Origin: Thainema sp.
GTDB lineage: Bacteria > Cyanobacteriota > Cyanobacteriia > Phormidesmidales > Phormidesmidaceae
DNA length: 64,000 nucleotides
NCBI GenBank assembly: GCA_052168235.1
Contig: JBQLZK010000005.1
Coordinates: forward strand, 1-64,000
Direction: 5' to 3'
Shown here: piece by piece, positions 29,698 to 39,946 of the stretch
Numbering within the stretch: position 1 is the stretch's first letter
Layout: each line of letters opens with the position of its first letter
Notes under the pieces: model-generated
What the model saw: only the letters and a program-made list of their open reading frames with translations
The model's database searches: none
Told to the model about the DNA's origin: nothing
Position numbers and translations under genes: made by a program

Positions 29698-30111
29698 ATG
29701 GAAGACTGGCAGCGAGAGATGTATCGGCAGTTTGAGCAGTGGGCAGATGAGGCTGAGCAGTTTTGGACAGAGACGACTCAGGTCATGCTGGACACAATTG
29801 ATGAAGCTTGTCAGCTTTCAGAAGCGATCGCAAAAGATTTAGAAGATATTTTTTGGGACGAAATAGAACGATTAGAAGCATGGTTAGGCTCCCCCGCAGA
29901 CCCAGGGTCTGTTTATCGCTACGATGCCCATATTGAGTTTAATCATGATATGGATCTGCCTGATTTCCGGCTGTGGCGAACTCCAGCCGTTTGTGCCAAC
30001 TGCCGTCACTATCATGGGCAGGTGTATGGCGGCAATCTACTAGTTTGCGGTATGCATCCCTATGGCCCTGGTGAAGAGGCAACATCATGTCCCGACCGGG
30101 AGATGTATTGA
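29698..30111 (+). CDS. Hypothetical protein with C-terminal Cys/His motif
   Basis: CANCRHYHG..LVCGMHPYG..CPD; AGGAG RBS before ATG 29698. Confidence 0.75.
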   Translation: MEDWQREMYRQFEQWADEAEQFWTETTQVMLDTIDEACQLSEAIAKDLEDIFWDEIERLEAWLGSPADPGSVYRYDAHIEFNHDMDLPDFRLWRTPAVCANCRHYHGQVYGGNLLVCGMHPYGPGEEATSCPDREMY

Positions 30112-30124
30112 AGTGCTTCTTTAA

Positions 30125-30275
30125 AGGGCTGAGGACTGAGTGAAGAGGTAGATGGGTGGATGAGTGGATGGGTAATCAGGTGATTGGGGGATTGCGCAAC
30201 AAAACATGCTGCTTCATTACTCTCCTACCCTACAACTCTCCTACCCCTACAACCCCTCACTCCTCACTCCTCTCG
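30125..30275. repeat. Low-complexity STRR-like tract
   Basis: GATGGGTG/GATGAGTG units, then CTCTCCTACCC x2 and CTCACTC x2. Confidence 0.65.
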
Positions 30276-30322
30276 GCTTACGACTTTTAGTGCTGAGGAT
30301 CATAGCGACAAATCGGGTGAAC

Positions 30323-31141
30323 TCAGCGCATGAGCGGAAAATAGTGCCCAACAGGGCCTTGTCCCTGGCCGATACGTAGGCAATAGTGTAGCGCTTGAGT
30401 GACGTACTGTTTGGCAGCTTGAACAGCAGTAAACGTATCTTTTCCTTGAGCGAGATTAGCCGCGATCGCAGCCGATAGGGTACAGCCTGTGCCGTGGGTA
30501 TCGGTTGTATCGACCTGTTCTGTTTTCAAGACTTCCAAAGTATCAGCACTGGCAAACACATCCACCCCACGTAGTTCATCTGGCATTGCGCCACCTTTGA
30601 CCACAACGGACGTGACGCCGAGATCAAGAATGCGCTGGGCGGCAGATTTCATGTCGTTTAGGGTGTTGATTTCTCGACCGCTGAGGATTTGCGCTTCGTA
30701 GCGGTTGGGAGTTAATACCTGTGCGAGCGGTAATAAAAACTGTTTGAGAGTTGCGATCGCACCGTCGTCAATTAACTGTGCTCCCGTGCGCGACACCATC
30801 ACCGGATCGATGACGAGCTGAGGAATGGGATGAGCCTGTAAAAACTCCGCCACCGCCGTCATAATCTCAGCATTCAGCAACATGCCTGTTTTAGCGGCGG
30901 CAACTGTCATGTCGCTGGTGACGGATTGAATTTGGGCAGTCACGGCTTCCGGCGGTAGGGCATCGACTCGCTGTACGCCTTGGGTATTCTGCGCCGTAAT
31001 GCAGGTTATCGCACAGGTGCCATGTACCTGATGAAAGGAAAAGGTGCGCAGGTCGGCCTGAATGCCTGCGCCGCCACCGCTATCTGAACCCGCAATCGTC
31101 AGTGCGATCGCAGGAGTTTGAGGTGATGACTGAGTGAGCAT
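30323..31141 (-). CDS. thiD: Hydroxymethylpyrimidine/phosphomethylpyrimidine kinase
   Basis: LTIAGSDSGGGAGIQADL, KTGML, IDPVMV, THGTGCTLSAA. Confidence 0.96.
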   Translation of the reverse strand: MLTQSSPQTPAIALTIAGSDSGGGAGIQADLRTFSFHQVHGTCAITCITAQNTQGVQRVDALPPEAVTAQIQSVTSDMTVAAAKTGMLLNAEIMTAVAEFLQAHPIPQLVIDPVMVSRTGAQLIDDGAIATLKQFLLPLAQVLTPNRYEAQILSGREINTLNDMKSAAQRILDLGVTSVVVKGGAMPDELRGVDVFASADTLEVLKTEQVDTTDTHGTGCTLSAAIAANLAQGKDTFTAVQAAKQYVTQALHYCLRIGQGQGPVGHYFPLMR

Positions 31142-31479
31142 GATTCAGACGATTCCTAGAAATGCCGCTAGAAAGATAGTGAGGCCGATTGGATAAGGTC
31201 ACCTCGTTTGTGGCCGTAATATGTCGAAAATTTAAAGAGTTTGGCGAAAAACAGCCGTTTATCCTGAAGGCGACTGAAATTCCAGTATGAGTGGTTAGTC
31301 CGATCAAGAAAACTGAACACAAACAACGAACGCATAAAGCCCAAATTCAGGAACAGAGCAGTGGTAAAGCTGCTCATTCCTGACGTTCAAATTCAAACTG
31401 ACCCACTCTTTTTTGTTTATCGCTCAGGCGTCTTGCCGGATAGGAAACAGCCGAGCGGGCACAACTGATCGTTTCACCA

Positions 31480-32772
31480 TTAGCGAGGTCGCCGCCGCTG
31501 GAGAAATTCGGGAATATCTAGCCCTGGACGGGTCGGCTTGGGTTCCTCAGCGGGTTGAGGTGTGGTTTGCATGGGGCGTCGCGGTGGAGGCGATGCAGGT
31601 CGGCTAATCGGTGCAACCCGTGCGGCTGGGGGAGCCTGCACTTCTCCAGTAAAGCCTGTGGCAATAACGGTAATGCGGACTTCGCCCTGGAGCCGATCGT
31701 CAATTACCGCGCCAAAAATAATATTGGCGTTGGGATCAACGGCTTCATAGATGATTTCTGCCGCCGCGTTCACCTCATGCAGCGTTAAGTCGCTGCCGCC
31801 CGTGATATTAAATACGGCTCCCCGTGCGCCATCAATGGACGATTCGAGTAGCGGTGAAGAAATAGCTGCGATCGCAGCTTCCCGTGCTCTAGATTTGCCA
31901 GAACCCTGACCAATTCCCATCAGCGCCGAACCCGCATCAGCCATCACCGCGCGAACGTCGGCAAAGTCTACGTTAACCAAACCGGGAATCGTAATAATGT
32001 CGGAAATGCCCTGCACACCCTGACGCAGAATATCATCGGCAATCCGGAACGCTTCTTGGACGGGCGTTTGCTCAGAAATTACCGTCAGCAGCTTATCGTT
32101 GGGAATCACGATCAGCGTATCAACTCGGCTTTGCAGCGCTTCAATGCCTTCTTCTGCCTGTCCTGTGCGGCGACGACCTTCAAACGTAAAAGGACGAGTG
32201 ACAACGCCAACGGTCAGGGCACCCACTTCTTTGGCAACCTCGGCCACCACAGGCGCAGCTCCTGTTCCGGTACCGCCACCCATACCTGCGGTGATAAATA
32301 CCAGGTCAGACTGCTCTAGCGAACTGGCAATCTCATCTCGCGATTCCTCTGCCGCTTTTTGACCAATAGCCGGATTACCGCCTGCGCCCAATCCCCGCGT
32401 CAGCTTTTGGCCAACTTGGAGGCGATTGATGGCACTCGCATTAGTTAAAGCCTGTGCATCTGTGTTAATTGCCCAGAACTCAACTCCAGCTACGCCACTC
32501 GAAATCATGCGGTTGACTGCATTACAACCGCCGCCGCCAACACCGATTACTTTAATCCGGGCTACGCTACCTGGCACAATATCACCGTCCCTCATATCTT
32601 CTCCCATCATTAAACGCGCATCATGGGACTGACTGGAGTTAAAGCTTGAGCTTGTAAAAGGATTATTAGAATTGGATGCCATAGCCGTTTCAGCTGCGAT
32701 GGGTATAGGAGATGGGTTCTCTGGCCGATCGCTTTCGTTATAAATAAAAGCGTTGTCATCTATATTGGTCAT
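31480..32772 (-). CDS. ftsZ: Cell division protein FtsZ
   Basis: [22 protein letters not shown] tubulin signature, [13 protein letters not shown] 32772. Confidence 0.98.
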   Translation of the reverse strand: MTNIDDNAFIYNESDRPENPSPIPIAAETAMASNSNNPFTSSSFNSSQSHDARLMMGEDMRDGDIVPGSVARIKVIGVGGGGCNAVNRMISSGVAGVEFWAINTDAQALTNASAINRLQVGQKLTRGLGAGGNPAIGQKAAEESRDEIASSLEQSDLVFITAGMGGGTGTGAAPVVAEVAKEVGALTVGVVTRPFTFEGRRRTGQAEEGIEALQSRVDTLIVIPNDKLLTVISEQTPVQEAFRIADDILRQGVQGISDIITIPGLVNVDFADVRAVMADAGSALMGIGQGSGKSRAREAAIAAISSPLLESSIDGARGAVFNITGGSDLTLHEVNAAAEIIYEAVDPNANIIFGAVIDDRLQGEVRITVIATGFTGEVQAPPAARVAPISRPASPPPRRPMQTTPQPAEEPKPTRPGLDIPEFLQRRRPR

Positions 32773-33086
32773 CTTATCTATCAATCAATGTTCCGGCTTT
32801 GGAATTTTTGGGGTTGTCAAAAAAATTGAGACTGAAAAATGGGTAACTTTAGGCAGGGTTGATTCTAGTCAAATATAGGGTAAGTTCCCTGAAAACCCAA
32901 GCGATTGCAAATTGATGCCGCCAGATCAAGACAATAGTCTGGATTCCCCAACTCTAGAAACAGCAACAGAGAGAAAACAGCTCAATGCATGAGCGCTATC
33001 AACACATGAGAGTCATCAAAAGTTACTATGCTCAGCCTGCATAATGCAAGATTGTTCAGGATCTCTCAATCCTTTCGGTTGAATCG

Positions 33087-33929
33087 CTAATTTTTCGTCA
33101 TTATTTGTAACTTCGGCGCTTGGGGATTGCGCAAATCAATATAGTCAATTGTTTGGCCGTTGAGCTGCTGAGGTAACTGTCGCATCTGGTTCAACGCCTC
33201 AATTTGTTTGGGAAAGTAGCTGGATGAATAGGAACCAAAATGCACAATCCCCAGTTCTGTGTGCAGAATCAGGTTGGATGGGATGCGCCAATCGATAGCT
33301 TTGATCTGAACGGGACTAGTTTGTAGATGCTGATATAGGCTGCTCCACTCGGTTTGTTGGGCAGTTTGCTGGGCGCTGAAACCGTAAATGCGTAAGGGAG
33401 GTAATTCGTCGGCTTGATCGAGTTCGGCCAACTGACTCAGCGGCATCCACAAACCGCTGGCATCCAATAAGCCAGTTTGATTGGGGTCAAGCGCACTCAG
33501 GTCGATAGTATCTGAAATCTCGGTTTGTTTTGGTAGTGCGATCGCAACTGGATGTCGTTCTTCGACCTGCACAACCAACCGAGGTGGCAGAAGGCGACGC
33601 GTGACTTTCGCTTGAACAATCGGCGCTAATGTTTCTAGCTGCGCTTCGATCGCTTCTGGTTCGATTTCTAGTAGAGCCTTTGGATAGTCAATCGGCAGCA
33701 GCGACTGAATCTGTTCGGGTGATAGCAGTTGATTGCCCTGAACGGTGACTTGGTTTGGTTGACGAATCAGCCACACGGGTCGCGTCATTAACCAAGCGGA
33801 ACCCACTGCAATGCCGCTAATCGCAGAAGCTCGCCACAGATTTTGCAGCAGTCGCCAACGCCGCTGCCGCCGCAGCGACTGCCGCCGTTCGGTCAGTTCA
33901 TTTCGAGAGGTGGGAGAAATGGGCGTCAT
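33087..33929 (-). CDS. ftsQ: Cell division protein FtsQ
   Basis: Basic N-terminus, TM, POTRA (VQGNQLLS..VTRRLLPP..VEER), YIDLRNP; upstream of ftsZ. Confidence 0.9.
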   Translation of the reverse strand: MTPISPTSRNELTERRQSLRRQRRWRLLQNLWRASAISGIAVGSAWLMTRPVWLIRQPNQVTVQGNQLLSPEQIQSLLPIDYPKALLEIEPEAIEAQLETLAPIVQAKVTRRLLPPRLVVQVEERHPVAIALPKQTEISDTIDLSALDPNQTGLLDASGLWMPLSQLAELDQADELPPLRIYGFSAQQTAQQTEWSSLYQHLQTSPVQIKAIDWRIPSNLILHTELGIVHFGSYSSSYFPKQIEALNQMRQLPQQLNGQTIDYIDLRNPQAPKLQIMTKN

Positions 33930-34029
33930 CTAAGTCAATGAGGTGAGGAAGCAGTGATGAGGACTCCTCATCTAGCAGCCATAACAATAGCGCTAAGTTG
34001 GTGACTTGTGTTGATGAGTTCAGGAAATT

Positions 34030-34440
34030 CAAAGGGAGGGGGTGTAAAGGCTGTAAAGGCTGTAAGGGGCAAGGGGGCAGGGGAGCGAAGGGGGAGTCGA
34101 GGGAGTCAGGAAGAGAGAGATGAGTAATCAAGAGCTGTAGGGTGTTGAGCAAAGCGAAACGCACCAAGGGCTGCAAAGGGCTGTAAGAGTCGAGTTTTGA
34201 GTTTTCAATGTTGAGTGTTGAATGCTTGACTCAATTCAAATTGAGGATGAACAGAATCAACATTTATAGGGCAAGGGGCTTAAGCCCCTTGTTCAGTGCA
34301 GTCTTACAAAGGATTGGTATGACTCAATTCAAAACTTAACATTCAAAACTTCTCACTCTTCTCGCCTCACTCCAACAGACCCTACGACTTCCTTTACAGC
34401 CTCTACAGCCCTTTACAGCCTTCCTTACGCCTCACCCTCC
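34030..34440. repeat. Nested inverted-repeat composite of short repeat modules
   Basis: Outer GGCTGTAAAG vs CTTTACAGCC units; inner GAGTTTTGA vs TCAAAACT units; central perfect CAAGGGGCTTAAGCCCCTTG (34272..34291); 14-bp direct repeat TGACTCAATTCAAA at 34227 and 34320. Confidence 0.8.
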
Positions 34441-34457
34441 ATCACCGAAGCCAGAAA

Positions 34458-34769
34458 TTAGAGCAGATTAAAGCCGTAAACTTGGGATGCGATCGCACTT
34501 AGCAGTCCCAACAATCCCAACGTGCGGCGGAAGTAGTTGACACCTTGGAAGAGTTCTAGCCAAGACCAGGTAAAGAAGGTGCCAAATGCGATCGCGCCGA
34601 ATAGATGCTCTAGGGCACTATTGGTTGAGAAGAGGTACAGGGCAGTGGCGGCAAAACTGGTCAAAATTGGTAGATTGGGCGGTTGGGCAATCACAATATC
34701 GCCTTTGTCGTCGCGGAAGAAGCGGTCGAATAGGGTCGTAGCGGTCGTGTTGTTCATCGGCTTCAGCAT
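34458..34769 (-). CDS. Hypothetical membrane protein
   Basis: IVIAQPPNLP..WSWLELFQGVNYFRRTLG; hydrophobic. Confidence 0.75.
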   Translation of the reverse strand: MLKPMNNTTATTLFDRFFRDDKGDIVIAQPPNLPILTSFAATALYLFSTNSALEHLFGAIAFGTFFTWSWLELFQGVNYFRRTLGLLGLLSAIASQVYGFNLL

Positions 34770-34838
34770 CCGTTTTGTGAATTGGTCTGTTTTATTAAAA
34801 TCATGCTGAGCGGCTAAGACCTGTTGCTAGGGAGAGAT

Positions 34839-35270
34839 TTAGGGGCGATACGTCTGCCGCAGTTGTTCAAGCTGTTGTGCCCATTTGCCAGCGAGTTCGG
34901 CATCGGTGAAGGGAATGGATACGGTTTCATTGGGGAGGTGAATTGCGATCGCAACTTTACGTCCTTTTTCGGGCAAATCAGATGTTTCGTCTAGCTGAAT
35001 TGGAAACTCTTGACCATCCACGTTCACGCTAATCGACTCCACCTCTTTCAGTGAAACCGTTTTAAGATCCACAGGCCCTTTGCGCGATGGCGATCCCCAG
35101 GTCAGTTGGTCAGCTTTTTGACCCAGCGCAGCGTAGATATCGTATTTGGCTCGTTCAAAGTCCGCTGCCCAGGTTTTGTAGGCTTCAACTTTTTGGTATT
35201 CGTTCCAACCCGCCCAGGCCAGCCAGATAAACAAACCGAGCAGCGGCAACCACATTAAACCTCGTTCCAT
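34839..35270 (-). CDS. Conserved cyanobacterial hypothetical protein
   Basis: MERGLMWLPLL..WAGWNEYQKVEAY..KYDIY; GGAGG RBS before ATG 35270. Confidence 0.8.
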   Translation of the reverse strand: MERGLMWLPLLGLFIWLAWAGWNEYQKVEAYKTWAADFERAKYDIYAALGQKADQLTWGSPSRKGPVDLKTVSLKEVESISVNVDGQEFPIQLDETSDLPEKGRKVAIAIHLPNETVSIPFTDAELAGKWAQQLEQLRQTYRP

Positions 35271-35485
35271 ATTGCGCGATCCCTCCAACAGCCAGCGCCA
35301 CTATTGTCGCGTAATTTTGTGACGTAATCTTGCAATCTGAATTGCGATCGCAGCTTGATATTGTGCCCAAAGTCCCTGGAGTTGGCGCATAACGGCGAAT
35401 TCCAAGAGTGGCTGATTCACTCGGTGCTGGGCTATCGTGGTGGAGCGTACTTCGCATCACACCGCAGACTGACACACCACGACCT

Positions 35486-37267
35486 ATGAAAAAGCTGTTA
35501 CTAATCGGGCTGTTTTTGGGAGCCATGCTCTGGGCACTGATGTCCTATTCTGGACTGGCCAATCAGGGCACGTATGACAGTTTGATCCTCAACTTTGCCG
35601 ATGATATTCCGAATGAGCAGATTGAGCAGGAACTAAGTGCGATCGCAAAACAGTATGGCACTTCATTTCGGCTGAATAGTTCCTTTTCAACGGATGAAAA
35701 TCTCTATTTAGTTGAAGGGGATCAGGCTCTACTCAAGCAATTACGCCGCTCAGAATTGGCCAAAGAAACGGAAACCATTGAGCCAAATTATCAATACTCA
35801 ACGCTGGCGATTCCCAATGATCCCGACTACAGCAAGCAGTGGAATCTGCGCTCAATCGGTATGGAAAAAGCCTGGGAAGAGACCCAAGGTGAGGGCGTTG
35901 TCGTCGCTGTGATCGATACGGGTGTGAGTCGCGTTCCGGATTTGAAGGACACCAAGTTTGTCAAAGGCTACGATTTTGTCAACGATCGCGAGGATGCCTC
36001 AGACGATAACGGGCACGGCACTCATGTTGCTGGAACCATCGCTCAATCCACAAACAATAAATATGGTGTGGCGGGGATCGCCCACAAAGCCAGCATTATG
36101 CCACTCAAAGTCCTCTCCGGTTCCGGTGGCGGCAGCGTAGCCGATATTGCCGAAGCAATTCGCTATGCGGCAGACAATGGGGCAGACGTGATCAACATGA
36201 GTCTAGGTGGCCCTGGCGATACCGATTTGCTGCGGACAGCGACCGAGTATGCCTATCGGAAAGGGGTTGTAGTGATCGCAGCGGCGGGTAACGAGCAGCG
36301 CAACTCCGCGTCTTATCCGGCCCGCTATCCGCACGTTCTGGCAGTTGCGGCATTGGATGCCACCGGACAAAAGGCTCCCTACTCAAACTTTGGCGCAGGC
36401 GTGGATATTTCCGCACCAGGGGGATCGCTGGTCAGCGGTGAAGCAGGCGGCATTCTGCAAAACACGATTAATCCCCAAACCGGGGAATCTGTCTTTTCAG
36501 CCTTTCAAGGCACCAGCATGGCCGCCCCCCACGTAGCGGGTGTAGCCGCGTTGATTAAGTCCCAAGGTGTTGAAACGCCCGACGAGGTGTATGAAATCCT
36601 GCGTGAATCATCACAGAAAGTCGAGAACGACACGTTCAACCACTTTGGCGCGGGTCAACTCAATGCATCAGAAGCGGTGCGATTCGCGGGTCACGGCAAG
36701 ATTAGCCTACGCCATTTCTTCCGCTGGCTGGTGGAAAATGGCTATCTCAATCTCAAGTTCTGGTTCGACGGTGGTGTTGTCGCGCTATTACCAAAACTGG
36801 CGATGGTGATTGGCTCATATCTACTGGCTTGGCTGCTGCGGGTTTACTTACCGCTGGTCTGGACGTGGCCGCTCTCCTGGGGATTGATTATGGGCAGCAC
36901 GGGACTGTTCCTGTTCCGAGGACTGTACATTTGGGATTTACCCCAGTGGCCATTCCGCGTGGCGGGTAGCGCGATCGCAGAATGGGGTAACGTCATCCAA
37001 GGCAGCAGTCTACTGAATCCGATTTTTGCTAGCGTGTTGATTCCCTTTGTCCTGATGGCCCTATTGCTGGGACATTCTAAGTGGAAGTGGTTCATGATTG
37101 GCACGAGCCTGGGCATGGCGGTGTTCTTGGGCGTAAGTGCGATCGCAGATCCAAGTTTAATGTGGCTCGGTCAGGGCACAATCGCCCGTGGGTATCTCGC
37201 GTTTAATGCGCTGCTCTGCTATGGTTTGGCGTATCTAGCCACCAAAACGGAGGTGAAGCCTGTATGA
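35486..37267 (+). CDS. S8 subtilisin-like serine peptidase with C-terminal membrane domain
   Basis: Triad VAVIDTG, HGTHVAG, GTSMAAPHVAG; N-terminal signal; hydrophobic C-terminus. Confidence 0.93.
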   Translation: MKKLLLIGLFLGAMLWALMSYSGLANQGTYDSLILNFADDIPNEQIEQELSAIAKQYGTSFRLNSSFSTDENLYLVEGDQALLKQLRRSELAKETETIEPNYQYSTLAIPNDPDYSKQWNLRSIGMEKAWEETQGEGVVVAVIDTGVSRVPDLKDTKFVKGYDFVNDREDASDDNGHGTHVAGTIAQSTNNKYGVAGIAHKASIMPLKVLSGSGGGSVADIAEAIRYAADNGADVINMSLGGPGDTDLLRTATEYAYRKGVVVIAAAGNEQRNSASYPARYPHVLAVAALDATGQKAPYSNFGAGVDISAPGGSLVSGEAGGILQNTINPQTGESVFSAFQGTSMAAPHVAGVAALIKSQGVETPDEVYEILRESSQKVENDTFNHFGAGQLNASEAVRFAGHGKISLRHFFRWLVENGYLNLKFWFDGGVVALLPKLAMVIGSYLLAWLLRVYLPLVWTWPLSWGLIMGSTGLFLFRGLYIWDLPQWPFRVAGSAIAEWGNVIQGSSLLNPIFASVLIPFVLMALLLGHSKWKWFMIGTSLGMAVFLGVSAIADPSLMWLGQGTIARGYLAFNALLCYGLAYLATKTEVKPV

Positions 37268-37482
37268 GCTTAAAACTAGAAGGCAAAATCCAAAAAGTTG
37301 CGATGGGATCGGGCACTTGGGCACTCGCAACCGCCGATCAAACATACGAAATACACGACATACCCGATGATCTAAAACGGGAGGATCTCAGCGTCAAGGT
37401 GACGGGCAAGGTTCGCGACGATGTGATGACCTTTGCAATGATTGGCCCCGTGTTGCAGATCGAATCCTACGAAGTTCAGTAA
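37264..37482 (+). CDS. Small hypothetical protein coupled to the peptidase
   Basis: ATGA start/stop overlap, GGAGG RBS; 72 aa beta-rich. Confidence 0.75.
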   Translation: MSLKLEGKIQKVAMGSGTWALATADQTYEIHDIPDDLKREDLSVKVTGKVRDDVMTFAMIGPVLQIESYEVQ

Positions 37483-37498
37483 GTTACAAAAGCACAGC

Positions 37499-37535
37499 AG
37501 AAAGGGCGATTGGCACAGTGCCAATCGCCCTTTCT
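37499..37535. repeat. Perfect palindrome, 18-bp arms
   Basis: AGAAAGGGCGATTGGCAC-a-GTGCCAATCGCCCTTTCT. Confidence 0.95.
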
Positions 37536-37561
37536 AAATATTTGATTACCGCTAAGACAGC

Positions 37562-37822
37562 CTATAGCTTGCCCTCAAACCGCTGATACCAAATCCAGTT
37601 GCCCAGAACAGTGATGAGGAACACGATACCGCCGCCAACCAAAGCCAGTGTCGGATTGTAGCCACCACGACTTAAGTTTTCCATCCAGAGGTGAGTGCGA
37701 TCGGACGGCAGCAGCAGATTCATCATAAATGGCGACAGATACATCAGCGCTCCACCGACCAACAGCCAGCCCACCATTGAGGTCAGCAGAAAAATTGTTT
37801 TCGCAGTCGATTGAGTACCCAT
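37562..37822 (-). CDS. Hypothetical membrane protein
   Basis: 86 aa, two TMs. Confidence 0.7.
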   Translation of the reverse strand: MGTQSTAKTIFLLTSMVGWLLVGGALMYLSPFMMNLLLPSDRTHLWMENLSRGGYNPTLALVGGGIVFLITVLGNWIWYQRFEGKL

Positions 37823-37824
37823 TT

Positions 37825-38178
37825 TTAACTATCTTCAGATGTGTCTTGCAAAATTTTTTCCAAGGTTGTCTTTAATCTTGGCAAGTCTACTTGAATGGTT
37901 GCCCAGATGATCTCTAGGTCTACCTGAAAATATTCGTGAATAGCTACGTTCCTCATGCCTCGAATATCTAACCAAGGTATTTCAGGATAGGCCGCTTCCA
38001 CTTCTAGTAATATAGTCGCTGTAGGCTCACCAATCACAGCGAGTCCGTACAAAACAGCTTTCAATGTGCGTCGATCCTGACAAAACTGGGCAAAAGTCAT
38101 ACCTTCAACAAACTGCTGAATTTCGACGACTTCATCCAACATGTCTTGGATTCTTTCGAGGAAACCTCTAGAAGGCAC
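37825..38178 (-). CDS. HepT-like HEPN ribonuclease toxin (DUF86)
   Basis: IPWLDIRGMRNVAIHEYF = RX4HXY motif. Confidence 0.9.
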   Translation of the reverse strand: MPSRGFLERIQDMLDEVVEIQQFVEGMTFAQFCQDRRTLKAVLYGLAVIGEPTATILLEVEAAYPEIPWLDIRGMRNVAIHEYFQVDLEIIWATIQVDLPRLKTTLEKILQDTSEDS

Positions 38179-38461
38179 GCACTGCCTCCTTCAGCACTGT
38201 TTCTTTTAAAGTTGGTTTGAGAGAGGTAGGTGTGCCTAAATCCACGGAGCAGCCCAAGATATCCTCTAAATAGCGCTTCAATCCCAGAAACGTAAATAAG
38301 CCAACAGGTTTCTCGAACTCCACCAGCAGATCTACGTCGCTTTTGGCATGAGTGGTATCTCTTGCAACTGAGCCAAACAAAAATAGCGCTTTTACTGAGT
38401 ACTGCTGTAGCTGCTCTCGATGTTCGGATAACAAGTCTAAAACTGTTTGTCTACACAGCAT
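38168..38461 (-). CDS. Minimal nucleotidyltransferase antitoxin (MntA-like)
   Basis: FGSVARDTTHAKSDVD = GSX10DXD; overlaps the HEPN gene. Confidence 0.9.
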   Translation of the reverse strand: MLCRQTVLDLLSEHREQLQQYSVKALFLFGSVARDTTHAKSDVDLLVEFEKPVGLFTFLGLKRYLEDILGCSVDLGTPTSLKPTLKETVLKEAVRAF

Positions 38462-38492
38462 TGATTAGCTCCTCCTAAGTCTAGACGCGCTA

Positions 38493-38566
38493 GTAGGTTG
38501 GGTTGACGAAGGAAACCCAACAGGATAGGTGAGGTGTCGGGTTCCGCGTTGCTCAACCCGACCTAC
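38493..38566. repeat. REPIN-like inverted pair of GTAG REP units
   Basis: GTAGGTTGGGTTGA..AACCCAAC and GTCGGGTT..TCAACCCGACCTAC. Confidence 0.8.
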
Positions 38567-38570
38567 GAGA

Positions 38571-39782
38571 TTAAGCCATTACCGTTTGTACTGCTTTTAG
38601 GTCGAAGATTTTGGCGATGGTTTCTTCGACGGCTCGGTCGGGCGTAGATGCTCCGGAGGTAATGCCAACGGTGATTTTGCCAGCGGGTAGCCAGTTTTGC
38701 GTCACCGTCAAATCCTCATGCAGCGGCTTGTGTTCAATCTGTTGATCCGCGCCAATCCGGTCGGCGCTGTCGATGTGGTAGGACGGAATGCCACGCTCTA
38801 CGGCGATTTCCTGGAGGTGAGTCGTGTTCGACGAGTTGTAGCCACCGATGACCACCATCACGTCGATGTCTTCCTCAATGAGCTGGAACATAGCGTCCTG
38901 CCGCTCTTGGGTGGCATCACAGATGGTGTTGAAGCTCTGGAAGTGTTCGCTGACCTCGGTGGGGCCGTACTTTTTCATCATTGTGCGTTCCAGCAGCTTG
39001 CCGATCTGCTCGGTTTCGCCCTTCAGCATGGTGGTTTGGTTGGCGATGCCGACGTAGGCCAAATCCACATCGGGATCAAAGCCTTCCGAGTGAGCATGCT
39101 TGAACTTCTGCATGAACTCAGCCTTATCACCACCATTCAGGATGTAGTCGGCGACATATTCCGCTTCTTTCAGGTTCAGCACCACCAGGTATTTACCCGC
39201 AAAGGAACTGGTGGCAATAGTTTCCTCGTGCTTGTACTTGCCGTGAATAATTGAGGTAAAGTCTTTTTTCTTGTGCTTTTCGACGGTGTTCCACACTTTA
39301 GACACCCAGGGGCAGGTGGTGTCCACAATGGTGCAGCCGCGATCGCTAAGTAGCTGCATCTCCTGAACGCTGGCACCAAAGGCAGGCAAAATCACCACAT
39401 CGCCCTGTTCCACCACAGAAAAGTCTTTCTGACCGTCCTGCACTTCGATGAAGCCGACGTTCATCTCTTTGAGCCGCTGATTCACGGACGGATTGTGAAT
39501 AATCTCATTCGTGATCCAAATGCGCTCAGTGGGGAAGTGCTGCCGCGTTTCGTAGGCCATTGCTACGGCTCGCTCCACACCCCAGCAAAATCCGAAGGCT
39601 TCGGCTAGGCGAATTGTAACGTCGCCTCGGGTGAGGGTGTAGTTGTTGTTGCGAATTTCTTGGATCAGGCTGCTCTGATACTCCGTCTGGAGCTGATCGG
39701 CAACGGCAGCTTCATGGCCGAAGCCGCGCCGATGATAGTGTTCGGACTGCTGGAGGGAACGCTTAAAGGCTTTGGTATCCAT
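38571..39782 (-). CDS. ispH: 4-hydroxy-3-methylbut-2-enyl diphosphate reductase
   Basis: [43 protein letters not shown]. Confidence 0.97.
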   Translation of the reverse strand: MDTKAFKRSLQQSEHYHRRGFGHEAAVADQLQTEYQSSLIQEIRNNNYTLTRGDVTIRLAEAFGFCWGVERAVAMAYETRQHFPTERIWITNEIIHNPSVNQRLKEMNVGFIEVQDGQKDFSVVEQGDVVILPAFGASVQEMQLLSDRGCTIVDTTCPWVSKVWNTVEKHKKKDFTSIIHGKYKHEETIATSSFAGKYLVVLNLKEAEYVADYILNGGDKAEFMQKFKHAHSEGFDPDVDLAYVGIANQTTMLKGETEQIGKLLERTMMKKYGPTEVSEHFQSFNTICDATQERQDAMFQLIEEDIDVMVVIGGYNSSNTTHLQEIAVERGIPSYHIDSADRIGADQQIEHKPLHEDLTVTQNWLPAGKITVGITSGASTPDRAVEETIAKIFDLKAVQTVMA

Positions 39783-39846
39783 AGGATGTTTGTAAAGTTG
39801 CCGTTGGTAATCAGCCTATCAAATTCAGGTCTTCAATTCATACTGA

Positions 39847-39899
39847 AAAAAGCGGTTAGAGAGGGGCACGCGACGCGTGCCCCTCTCTAACCGCTTTTT
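39847..39899. repeat. Perfect palindrome, 25-bp arms, loop GAC
   Basis: AAAAAGCGGTTAGAGAGGGGCACGC-gac-GCGTGCCCCTCTCTAACCGCTTTTT. Confidence 0.95.
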
Positions 39900-39946
39900 C
39901 ATTCAGTCGAAAATGCGATCGCACCCAAGCCCACGTACTAGACACA

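Noticed and set aside
33898..34176. 92-aa ORF upstream of ftsQ
   Set aside because: Translation of a low-complexity repeat tract (PLQPLQPL)
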